Shown here piece by piece: positions 8,593 to 17,148 of a DNA stretch of 52,961 nucleotides. The first letter of the stretch is position 1. Each line of letters starts with the position of its first letter. A program made the translations under genes and the position numbers. The DNA is from Candidatus Magasanikbacteria bacterium RIFOXYC2_FULL_40_16 (GTDB lineage: Bacteria > Patescibacteriota > Patescibacteriia > Magasanikbacterales > UBA922), in contig MFQY01000047.1 in assembly GCA_001783185.1 (NCBI GenBank), positions 1-52,961 of the forward strand, written 5' to 3'. The notes under the pieces are model-generated. The model searched no databases, had not been told where the DNA came from, and saw nothing but the letters and a program-made list of their open reading frames with translations.

Positions 8593-9459
8593 ATGGATCA
8601 ACTATCAATAATGGTCGCCGAACCGTGCGAGGGATTTGAATTATTGGATTCCGGAGACGGAGAAAAACTGGAACGCTATGGGGATTATGTTTTGCGCCGG
8701 CCGGACCCGCAGGCGTTATGGCAAAAAAATTTGCCGGAAAAAGAATGGAGTAAAGCTTCCGCCAGTTTTCGCCGTGACGGCGCCAAAGGGGATTGGATAA
8801 TCAAGCCGGAATTGCCGGAACGCTGGGCGGTGAAGGTTGCCGGGCTGTATTTTTGGATACATCCGTCCACTTTCAAACACACCGGTCTATTTCCGGAGCA
8901 GTCGCCGAATTGGGATTGGACGCGGGCGATTATTAAGAAAGCTAAAAAACCGGTTTCGGTTCTTAATTTGTTTGGTTATACCGGCGGAGCATCGCTCGCT
9001 GCGGCCGAGGCTGGCGCGGAAGTTTGCCATGTGGACGGTTCAAAAGTGGCGATTCGCTGGGGACGGGAGAACGCGGAGAAAAGCGGGTTGGCGGACAAGC
9101 CGATACGCTGGATTTTGGACGACGCGCGCAAATTCATCCAACGGGAAATAAAACGGGGACGCAAATATGATGGGATTATTTTGGATCCGCCGGCATTCGG
9201 GCACGGACCGAATAAGGAATTATGGAAAATTGAAGATGATTTACTGCCGTTGTTGAAAATGTGCCATGAAGTGATGACGCCGGACCCGCTATTTTTCTTG
9301 ATCAATGGCTATGCTTCTGGTTATTCGGCTATTGCTTATGAAAATAATCTCCGCGCGTTGTTTAAAGAAGGAAATTTTGAGCGCGGGGAATTAACTATTA
9401 GGGAATCCAAGTCAGGCAGATTACTGCCTTGCGGTATTTTCGCCAGATGGTCTAAGTGA
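8593..9459 (+). CDS. Class I SAM-dependent methyltransferase (RlmI/RlmK-like catalytic domain, no PUA)
   Basis: LNLFGYTGGASLAAA and GIILDPPAFG. Start set at MDQLSIM (M28 of track ORF 8512..9459), since the preceding 27 codons overlap the divergent gene. Confidence 0.75.
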   Translation: MDQLSIMVAEPCEGFELLDSGDGEKLERYGDYVLRRPDPQALWQKNLPEKEWSKASASFRRDGAKGDWIIKPELPERWAVKVAGLYFWIHPSTFKHTGLFPEQSPNWDWTRAIIKKAKKPVSVLNLFGYTGGASLAAAEAGAEVCHVDGSKVAIRWGRENAEKSGLADKPIRWILDDARKFIQREIKRGRKYDGIILDPPAFGHGPNKELWKIEDDLLPLLKMCHEVMTPDPLFFLINGYASGYSAIAYENNLRALFKEGNFERGELTIRESKSGRLLPCGIFARWSK

Positions 9460-9550
9460 CATGTATTCATGATATACGCGACAATAATGTCATTACACAT
9501 TGACTGGCCGGAGAGTTTTGGGGTGTAGTAAATTTAATAATTTTAAATAT

Positions 9551-9991
9551 ATGCAATTAAATCTAACAAAAGAACAACTTAAAGAAATGATTTTGGCGGC
9601 GATGTTTTATTCGTGGGTTCGTGGCGGTTTGGCTGATGGCAGAGGCGAAGATTTTGAACAATACCACAAGCTGGAAGAGCATCTTTTAAGTGTAGCTAAA
9701 GTGAACGGTTTTAATGATTTGGCAGAAAACTTTCGCGGTAGTTTGTTGCCGTCTGACGAGATGTCGGAACAAGTAGAAGAAATAATGAGCGATTACGATG
9801 ATGATACTTTTTGGCATGAGCTTACTATGCGTCTTGGTAAGCGCGATTTTTGGCGGACAGTTTCCCCGGGAGAAGAGAAAGAGGCGGAAGAGAGGGGTTG
9901 GCTGCCGGAGAGAATACATGAGATATACAAAAAATATGAAGATGAGTTTGATGAATATGATATTGGTAGGCTTAAAATAGTGGAAGATTAA
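9551..9991 (+). CDS. Hypothetical acidic protein
   Basis: Track ORF 9500..9991 starts at a TTG; the first ATG (MQLNLTKEQ) was used. No motif recognised. Confidence 0.5.
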   Translation: MQLNLTKEQLKEMILAAMFYSWVRGGLADGRGEDFEQYHKLEEHLLSVAKVNGFNDLAENFRGSLLPSDEMSEQVEEIMSDYDDDTFWHELTMRLGKRDFWRTVSPGEEKEAEERGWLPERIHEIYKKYEDEFDEYDIGRLKIVED

Positions 9992-10006
9992 AAAAAGATA
10001 AATTTT

Positions 10007-10615
10007 ATGATAGAAATTTTAAAAACAAAAGAACAGTTAAAAAAGGAGTTAAATTCCTTTGTCTGGGAGTTTAAAATTTCAGATAATATAGAATATAATT
10101 TAGATGTACTTTTTAATTTAATTGAGGATAATGATCATGCTAAAGATTACAAAAAACCCATTTCATTAATAGCCGTTTCTATAATTGAAGCCATTATGAT
10201 TGATTTTTTGTATAGATTATATCAAGGCACCAGTCATTTTCCGCAAAAATTAAAAGATAAAGAAACTGTTATAAAGAGCAAATTGACCCAAGAAACTAAG
10301 AAATCTAAATATGTTGACTCAGAAAATAGGGAGTATTGGGTTTGCAGTCTTAAAAATTTTGACTTTATTACAATGATCAAAATTTATCAAGATTTAAAAC
10401 TTTTGGGAGATTATAAACAAAATTATGAATTTCTTATGAACTTAGCGCGTTTTAGAAACAGAATTCATATAAAAAATTATTTTAATAATTTTGAAAAAGA
10501 TGAATCAAAGACATTTTCTGAAAGCAGGGTTGAAAAAATTATTAAAGCCATGGTGTGGTTTTTTGGATATTTTCAAACTCATTATCCGAGACCATGGTCA
10601 ACGGTAGTTTTTTAA
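10007..10615 (+). CDS. Hypothetical protein with HEPN-like R-x5-H motif (LARFRNRIHIKN)
   Basis: 202-aa, very AT-rich ORF. RFRNRIH fits the Rx4-6H / RN..H signature of HEPN ribonuclease domains. Assignment rests on the motif only. Confidence 0.5.
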   Translation: MIEILKTKEQLKKELNSFVWEFKISDNIEYNLDVLFNLIEDNDHAKDYKKPISLIAVSIIEAIMIDFLYRLYQGTSHFPQKLKDKETVIKSKLTQETKKSKYVDSENREYWVCSLKNFDFITMIKIYQDLKLLGDYKQNYEFLMNLARFRNRIHIKNYFNNFEKDESKTFSESRVEKIIKAMVWFFGYFQTHYPRPWSTVVF

Positions 10616-10617
10616 AA

Positions 10618-10692
10618 CGGAGACGAGAGGATTTGTCCCGACTAAGTCGGGATGAGGTACCCTTAAACCTATGGCGGAGACGAGAGGATTTG
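10618..10692. repeat. 18-nt direct repeats (CGGAGACGAGAGGATTTG) flanking a 39-nt family-A hairpin unit
   Basis: The same 18-mer, which is the complement of the tRNA T-loop-to-discriminator segment, occurs at 10618-10635 and 10675-10692. TCCCGACTAAGTCGGGATGAGGTACCCTTAAACC lies between the copies. Confidence 0.6.
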
Positions 10693-10752
10693 AACCTCTG
10701 GTACCCTTTCAGGTACTCCGGTTTTCGAAACCGGTGCATTCGACCACTCCGA
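10672..10752 (-). tRNA. tRNA-Ser(CGA)-like, probable pseudogene or remnant
   Basis: The minus strand shows a D-loop GGAGTGGTCGAA, anticodon arm CCGGT-TTCGAAA-ACCGG (CGA), long variable arm, T-arm AGAGG-TTCAAAT-CCTCT and CGTCTCC-G-CCA. No complementary GGAGACG 5' acceptor strand is present; a CCGAC..GTCGG hairpin sits there instead. Confidence 0.5.
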
Positions 10753-10867
10753 CCGAAGCGTCGGGGGCAATGTTTCCATTAAGCAATTTGTCTAAGTTTC
10801 AGGTTTTATATTTCAGGTTTTGTAATTTTATGATATAATAAAAATAGAGTTTTTTAACCATAATTTT

Positions 10868-11281
10868 ATGTCAATGTTTAAAACTGAAAATGGATTAAAG
10901 GAAATTAACAAAAATACAGACGCTGTCCCTTGGTATTGGGGGAGAAAATTTTGGGGGGTGTTGGTGATTTTGTCTATTTTGCCGAGCCTTTATTATATAT
11001 CACTATTAAATAAATCCTTTTTAAATACAATGGCTAAGTACTTTGAATATATTGCTAGGGGTTTCTACTTAATATTGGAAACAAAATTAAAGTTTGAATT
11101 ACACATAACAGGCAGGACTTCAACTTATTATATTATATTATATTATATTATATTAGGGTTACTTTTATTTTTAACTTTCAGAAAGAAAAAAATAAATATT
11201 ATATTCCTTGGACTATCAATATTTCTGTTAACAATAAGCACCTTGGGTCTAATGGCCGTAATGTTTAGTGTAGGTGATTAA
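10868..11281 (+). CDS. Small polytopic membrane protein (paralog of 46439..46849)
   Basis: 137 aa. VPWYWGRKFWGVLVILSIL aligns with VPWYLGRKFWGGLLSLSIL of the paralog. Its stop overlaps the convergent gene stop (TTAA). Confidence 0.6.
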   Translation: MSMFKTENGLKEINKNTDAVPWYWGRKFWGVLVILSILPSLYYISLLNKSFLNTMAKYFEYIARGFYLILETKLKFELHITGRTSTYYIILYYIILGLLLFLTFRKKKINIIFLGLSIFLLTISTLGLMAVMFSVGD

Positions 11282-14200
11282 TTCTCAACCATTACCTTCA
11301 CATCAAAATCAAACTTCAAAAGTTCAGGCACATAAGTGCTAACTTCATTTTGAAGAGTTCGAGATTCATTTATTTTCTCAATAGGCACGCCAAACTCCAA
11401 ATCAACTGCTTTTAGGCATTGATTATCTAGGCCGCTAATTTCAACATAAGGAGTTTCACCATTTGTAAAACCGGTTGGATTAAACAATTCCACTCCTTCT
11501 TCTGATATATTTTCTATCAAAAATCGCAAATTACCGGCTTTATGCTGGTCTTTTTCTTTTTTTATTTCAATACTTACATTTCTTATTCCAGTTTTTGGAT
11601 CATAATATCTTTTATTTTTTTTGATTTTTATGTTGTCTGTTATATCCCGCCATTTTTCCATGCCAATAGCATAACGGGAAAAATGGTTAGTGTAGAAATT
11701 TACTGTAAGATTAGTCTGGTCAACTATAGAGGGTATTGTTTCCCATACATTTGTAATATCATTATAGTAAAAAGTTGATAAATAATTCTCGTTTATTCCC
11801 AATGCGCTTAATTCATCCGGGTCATAATGAATACTTACTTCCACACCAAAAGTATAATTTTCCAAGCTTGATTCAATATCCCAGAAATGGGGAGAGAAAA
11901 CCATGTCGCTGACATTATTGCCAAAACTGATTATTTCATTATGCAGGTCGACAGCTATTTTGGTTCCCAGTTCAAGAGTTCTGTCAAAAACAAATTTTAC
12001 TCCTTGTTTTAGAAAATTTACTGTTTTTGTTATTTCTGATATGTCTTTTTTACCTACATTATTAATTCCTGCCCATTCTATTGGATTGTAAAATAAATTT
12101 ATTTGATCTCCAAATTCTCCAGTTCTGTAATATGGTCCTTGGGGACCTTTATCCTTAATATTATTAACGCCCCACAAACCCTTATAATTAGTAAGCCATA
12201 GTGGAAAATTATTTTCATCAAATACAAATTTTTCTCGCCAATTTTCTGTATATAAATGATTCCCATTATAAGAGGTTAAATCATTATATAAAAGCAGTAT
12301 TTTATGTTTTCCGCCATCATTGTTGTTTGGATAATTAGCATGTGAACCAAGTGCCACAAAAGAAATGATTTGATCATTATTTTTATTTATTTCATCGCTA
12401 TCCCAACCTCTTCTCACAGAATCATATTGAAATCCTGTTGTAATTGTTCTCCCCTCATTATGATGCGAAGAATAAGCCGCATGCTTTGGTTCTTCCGTGT
12501 CTTTATCTAAAAATATCATCACCACTTCCCAGTCGCCTTCATGATTATTAAGTCCGCCATGATATTTCCAATCATTAAAAGCGTAAAAATACCAATACTG
12601 TAAAACTATAAATTCATGAATGTTGCCCTCTTCATCCGTATATGATTCTTCGCTTTTGTAACCGTAGTAAGTATTTTTTGTTTCTCCATTATTAATTAAT
12701 TCTTGATATTCAGTATTTGCTTTATTTGGATCAGGCTCTTTATCAATTAAGCCTTCACTGAATTGAAGATAATAATTGATTGTGTCTTGTCCGTCCGGCG
12801 TTAAATCCGCCAACACAACCGGAATGGTGATGCTTTCATCTTTAATCAATGAATGAGAACCGTTTAATTGCCAAAGGGATGAATTACTGACAAAAGCTTC
12901 AACATTCATGGGAAAAAACCTTTCGTTTTCATGAAAATACAAAATCGGCTCATATTTTAAAATTAATGGGTCAATTTGGTTTGGTTCATTATTAAGCCAC
13001 GGGTCAAAAGCAACATTGTCTGACACGGCATTGCCTAATCCGCCGGTATTTAGAGAAAGGTGGTATGGCCCGGTTTTGTCGCCCCACCAATTATTTATCG
13101 CGTCAATAACATTGGTTGAATAGTTAAAAATTCCATAATTGGTATGATTAAATATCGAACTATTATGAATAACAGAAACGCCCGCTGTTTGGTAAATGCC
13201 GTAATTTCCGTTTTTAGTTATTTCTGAATTTGTTAAATTTAAATTTCCTCGGTTATTAATCGCTCCATAGCAAGTGTAATTTGGACAATTATATTGAATA
13301 TATCCGCCATATTTTATCACTGCGTTATCAATCTTGGCTGTGGCTCTCGGAATAATTAAAATCCTTCGCCAATCTTTGACCGCGGGCAAAGTCTCGTTTT
13401 CATCCCCATTGGTATCTCCGCCAACCTCATCGTCTTTTAAAGAGGTAAAATATACTTTGTTTTCTTTTGCGCCGTTTATGTTTAAAGCGCCATGCACTTC
13501 CATTTGAGATTGATTATGCGAAAATTTCAATATTGTTCCCGAATCAATCGTTAAAGAACTAAAAGCCGGCACCTGAAGATTTCCCTCTATAATATATGGC
13601 ATATTATCAGAAGTCCAAACAGCCTTTTGGCCCGTGGAGCCGGAAATATGAAAACCTCTTCCGTTTCCACTGACTGAAACATTGTTTGAGTGAGTAAAGT
13701 TCACAGTCGCGCTTACATAAACATCTCTAAAATTATTTTCAAAATTATTATCGTTTAAGCCGAAATTTCCATTGCCTGACATCATAATACTGGTATGGAT
13801 TTGATTGGAAAAAAATGAGTTTGCCACTGATAAATTTCCGCTGTTTACATAGATTCCTTTTTCAGTATTACCGTTAAATTCAGAAAAATATATGTTTGCT
13901 GACCCTTCACTTTGATAGATTCCGTATTTTCCTGTTTGATAAATCTGCGAGTTGGAGAAATCTAAAACACCTTGATTATTTATTGCCCCAAGACAAGCAT
14001 AATTCGGGCAATTAAAAGCGCCCATTCCGCCATAACGAACAATCGTATAATTAAAATTTGCGTTAGCGCCCGGATAAACTATTACTTGCCGCCAATCTTT
14101 GGCCGCGGGCAAAGTTACGCTTCCATCTCCATTGGTATCTCCGCCAACTTCATCGTCTTTATATGAAGTGAAATATACATTATCATCATTTGTTCCATTT

Positions 14201-14463
14201 ACTTGCAGTGTGCCATACACGTCCATTTTAGATTGCGTATGTATGAATTTTACCGCTACTCCAGAGTCAATTGTTAAAACCATACCGGCCGGAATTGATA
14301 ATGTACCGTTTACAACGTAAGGGCTGTTTTCCGCTGTCCAAGTTGTGTTTTCTAAAATAGATCCGGAAACCGCGGTTGAGGCTGATGCTGAAGATGGAAA
14401 TAATGCAATGATTGATATTAAAAATATTCCTAATATGGTTAAGTTATGTATTTTGGTTTTCAT
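11278..14463 (-). CDS. Secreted beta-helix repeat protein with Vps62-like C-terminal region
   Basis: 1061 aa with a signal peptide and two copies of an about 250-aa module (KFxHxQSxMxVxG..NG...VYFTSxKDDEVGGDTNGD..LPAxKDWR..YGG). It then carries DPLILKYEPILYFHENERFFP and HEGDWEVVMIF, typical of Vps62/DUF946. Confidence 0.85.
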   Translation of the reverse strand: MKTKIHNLTILGIFLISIIALFPSSASASTAVSGSILENTTWTAENSPYVVNGTLSIPAGMVLTIDSGVAVKFIHTQSKMDVYGTLQVNGTNDDNVYFTSYKDDEVGGDTNGDGSVTLPAAKDWRQVIVYPGANANFNYTIVRYGGMGAFNCPNYACLGAINNQGVLDFSNSQIYQTGKYGIYQSEGSANIYFSEFNGNTEKGIYVNSGNLSVANSFFSNQIHTSIMMSGNGNFGLNDNNFENNFRDVYVSATVNFTHSNNVSVSGNGRGFHISGSTGQKAVWTSDNMPYIIEGNLQVPAFSSLTIDSGTILKFSHNQSQMEVHGALNINGAKENKVYFTSLKDDEVGGDTNGDENETLPAVKDWRRILIIPRATAKIDNAVIKYGGYIQYNCPNYTCYGAINNRGNLNLTNSEITKNGNYGIYQTAGVSVIHNSSIFNHTNYGIFNYSTNVIDAINNWWGDKTGPYHLSLNTGGLGNAVSDNVAFDPWLNNEPNQIDPLILKYEPILYFHENERFFPMNVEAFVSNSSLWQLNGSHSLIKDESITIPVVLADLTPDGQDTINYYLQFSEGLIDKEPDPNKANTEYQELINNGETKNTYYGYKSEESYTDEEGNIHEFIVLQYWYFYAFNDWKYHGGLNNHEGDWEVVMIFLDKDTEEPKHAAYSSHHNEGRTITTGFQYDSVRRGWDSDEINKNNDQIISFVALGSHANYPNNNDGGKHKILLLYNDLTSYNGNHLYTENWREKFVFDENNFPLWLTNYKGLWGVNNIKDKGPQGPYYRTGEFGDQINLFYNPIEWAGINNVGKKDISEITKTVNFLKQGVKFVFDRTLELGTKIAVDLHNEIISFGNNVSDMVFSPHFWDIESSLENYTFGVEVSIHYDPDELSALGINENYLSTFYYNDITNVWETIPSIVDQTNLTVNFYTNHFSRYAIGMEKWRDITDNIKIKKNKRYYDPKTGIRNVSIEIKKEKDQHKAGNLRFLIENISEEGVELFNPTGFTNGETPYVEISGLDNQCLKAVDLEFGVPIEKINESRTLQNEVSTYVPELLKFDFDVKVMVEN

Positions 14464-14556
14464 GTGAATGATGTTAGGACGGTTAATATATTGATATTCT
14501 TGTTTATTTTTAGTGAAAAGTCAAGGATTAGTAATTTTTCGGCTGAATGTGAAAAT

Positions 14557-14644
<88 letters not shown>

Positions 14645-14700
14645 ATGAATTCATTAAAACATTAAAACAATAAAACAATAAATTTTTTGTTACGGTTGGC

Positions 14701-16131
14701 TTATTCTAATTGATTTTTTTGATTTTGTCCACTATCGGTAATCATCAACGCCGGCAAGAGCCAGAATAAAACCGCCAGGTCGTTTTTTATATACGGCGAA
14801 TCAACAAGGCCGGTTGTAATAATAACAGTCATTGAAGCGAGTAGAAATACCGTCAAACTTATCTCTTTTGTCTTATGTCTTACAGCTTCCATAATTCCGA
14901 CACGAAAAAACCAAACTACCACCCAAGTAAAGCCAAACAAACCAAGCAGGCCGAGATTCACCCACATCGTCAAAAAGATATTATGCGGATGGTGAAAGAC
15001 CTCAATCCATTTATCAATTCTGTATGGATAAATCAATGTTTTATATGACGCCAATCCGGCGCCGGCAATCGGGTTGTCGCTTAAAAATTCCGTTGTTTCC
15101 GCCCACATATTGAGCCGGATTTGTCCGGAACGGTCTTGCATCAGGAGTTCTTGTTTGATTGGTGAAAGGCTGTTGAGGCTTAAAATGCTTACAAAGCTTG
15201 CGAGGCCTAGAATAATTGCCGGCCAACGGGTTTTTTTCCAAAAAATCAGCAATAAACCGATGCCGGCTACGACACCCACCAGCCCGCCGGTTGATTTGGC
15301 GAAAAAAATAGCGAGAGGTGAAGACAGAAGAAATAAGCTACAAGATGTAAGGATGAACCATGCATAATAGTCTTGTCGTTCTTGAGATTGCGACGTCGTC
15401 TTGAGACTCCTCGCAATGACAAAAATTTTATTTTTAATTAAGTATAATGCCAACGGAATAATTGGCGCTAAAAATAGTCCCACTCCGTTGGGAAAACCAT
15501 ACCAACCGGTGACGCGGAAAGTATTTCCATTTTCCCAAAATTTCCACGGCACCATCCAGCCGGTGAAGTGTTGGTAAATCGCCAGCAAACTTGTCGCCAG
15601 ACCGCATAGTACTAGAGCAAACAAGATTTTTTCCACCAAAGACCCCCCCTGTCCTCCTGATAGGGGGAGGGAAATTAAAATAATAAAAAGCAAAACCGGT
15701 TCAATATAAAATGCTTTCCATTCGCCCAGCGCGGCGCGAGTGTCAATCGAAGTGAATATGGATATAGTGGCGGCGGAAAGAAAGAGAGTGATAGCGAGGA
15801 ATAGAGAGGGGTATTTTTTTATTTGGGAGATAAGGGTGGTGATAGGAGATAAGAGATAAGAGATAAATTGTTTATATGTTTGTATGTTTAAATGCTGTGC
15901 CCCGCACCGAGCTCTGCTCTGGTGCTGGGGTTTGTATGTTTTTATTACCCAAGTAATAAAAACCACCCAAATCATTATTTCTAAAAGAGTGCTTGGCAAT
16001 CCGGCAAATTTAAAGCGTATCAAATAACTCGGCAAAAGCAGAAAAATAAAAAATAAGCCCAAATCCAATTTGCGCCAAGTTAAAAAAGTGAAAAACGCGA
16101 TAAATAATCCGATTAAGGCTTGGTCTAGCAT
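14701..16131 (-). CDS. O-antigen ligase/polymerase-like (Wzy_C family) membrane protein
   Basis: 476 aa, polytopic. HHPHNIFLTMWVNLGLLGLFGF matches the O-antigen-ligase signature region. It contains three hydrophilic palindrome-encoded segments (see findings). Confidence 0.8.
   Translation of the reverse strand: MLDQALIGLFIAFFTFLTWRKLDLGLFFIFLLLPSYLIRFKFAGLPSTLLEIMIWVVFITWVIKTYKPQHQSRARCGAQHLNIQTYKQFISYLLSPITTLISQIKKYPSLFLAITLFLSAATISIFTSIDTRAALGEWKAFYIEPVLLFIILISLPLSGGQGGSLVEKILFALVLCGLATSLLAIYQHFTGWMVPWKFWENGNTFRVTGWYGFPNGVGLFLAPIIPLALYLIKNKIFVIARSLKTTSQSQERQDYYAWFILTSCSLFLLSSPLAIFFAKSTGGLVGVVAGIGLLLIFWKKTRWPAIILGLASFVSILSLNSLSPIKQELLMQDRSGQIRLNMWAETTEFLSDNPIAGAGLASYKTLIYPYRIDKWIEVFHHPHNIFLTMWVNLGLLGLFGFTWVVVWFFRVGIMEAVRHKTKEISLTVFLLASMTVIITTGLVDSPYIKNDLAVLFWLLPALMITDSGQNQKNQLE
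15387..15425. repeat. Family-B hairpin repeat lying in frame inside a CDS
   Basis: GATTGCGACGTCGTCTTGAGACTCCTCGCAATGACA also occurs intergenically at about 22436-22475 and, reverse-complemented, at 50498-50535. A diverged copy lies at 19039-19065. Confidence 0.7.
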
Positions 16132-16185
16132 ATAGCTTCATTTTAGCCTTAATTTTCGCTAAGGTCAATTCGTCGGTAATGACAG

Positions 16186-17145
16186 TTATTCTCCCTGATC
16201 CAACGAAATATCCATCGCCAACATTGTTGGTTTATGCACGCGGAAAGTCTCCCCCCGATATCCGCCTTTTTTGCTGGGGAAAGTATATCCTTTGGCCGTC
16301 ACTTCAACCTTATATTCTCCCGGTTCCAGTAAAACATCGTAGTGTCCGTCATCGCGCGCGATTCGGCTTTCTATCAGTTTGCTGTCGGAGGCGCGGAATA
16401 TTCTGACGAGCGCCAATGGTATTGGTTTTTTAGTGGCGTAATCATAAACAAATCCGGGCGACATAGAAGATGATGTCTGGAAAATCGCGCCGGTAATAAT
16501 CAAACCGATGGATAAGAACGCGACAATATCCACGGATAAGTTGTTTAGCGGGGTAATTATTTTTACCCCTTCTCGCAAAATCAAAGCGACCAACATCAGT
16601 CCCAAACCCAGACCGGTCGTGGTGATATAGTTTAACGCCGTTTTTTCTTTACGCATTTGCCAGCCGAGAGAAGCGTAGACCGACAAAACAAACAGCACGG
16701 AAATACTGAAGAAAGCGAATCGCACCCAATTTGATATCCGGCTGAAAATGTCCTGATAAGTTTCATTGGTGTTAACCGTATCAAGCGAGAGAATATAGAT
16801 AAAAATAAAAATAAATATGGCAAAAAAACCGGCGATAAAAATGGTCTTTACCACTTTGTTGTTTTGAAGCAGGCCGAGCTGGTGGCTGGCGTAAGCCGCG
16901 ATGGCGAAAAAGACGCCGGTGTTTCCGAATAGTTTAAGATAATCAATGATGTTCCTTACAAATTGCGGAATATCTAAATAATTTGGGATATAAAATAGCA
17001 GGTTCAAACCGGCGGTAAGGGCGAAAAGCCAACCGATGGCGAGCAGTAGTCGGTCGCGTCCGCGTCGGTGCAAAGTCAGGAAAATTATTATCGCGATCAA
17101 TATATAAAAAGAGTTTTCTAATACGAGCACGAAGTTCTCAGACAT
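16186..17145 (-). CDS. Membrane protein with C-terminal carboxypeptidase-regulatory-like beta-sandwich
   Basis: 319 aa with about 7 TM segments, then RIFRASDSKLIESRIARDDGHYDVLLEPGEYKVEVTAKGYTF (CarboxypepD_reg-like pattern). Confidence 0.65.
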   Translation of the reverse strand: MSENFVLVLENSFYILIAIIIFLTLHRRGRDRLLLAIGWLFALTAGLNLLFYIPNYLDIPQFVRNIIDYLKLFGNTGVFFAIAAYASHQLGLLQNNKVVKTIFIAGFFAIFIFIFIYILSLDTVNTNETYQDIFSRISNWVRFAFFSISVLFVLSVYASLGWQMRKEKTALNYITTTGLGLGLMLVALILREGVKIITPLNNLSVDIVAFLSIGLIITGAIFQTSSSMSPGFVYDYATKKPIPLALVRIFRASDSKLIESRIARDDGHYDVLLEPGEYKVEVTAKGYTFPSKKGGYRGETFRVHKPTMLAMDISLDQGE

Positions 17146-17148
17146 ATT

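Noticed and set aside
10542-10782. ORFs 10542..10739 (-) and 10555..10782 (+); likewise 14446..14673 (+) and 14460..14678 (-)
   Set aside because: They run through tRNA or tRNA-like sequence and repeat units, so they are artefacts of open frames across RNA genes.
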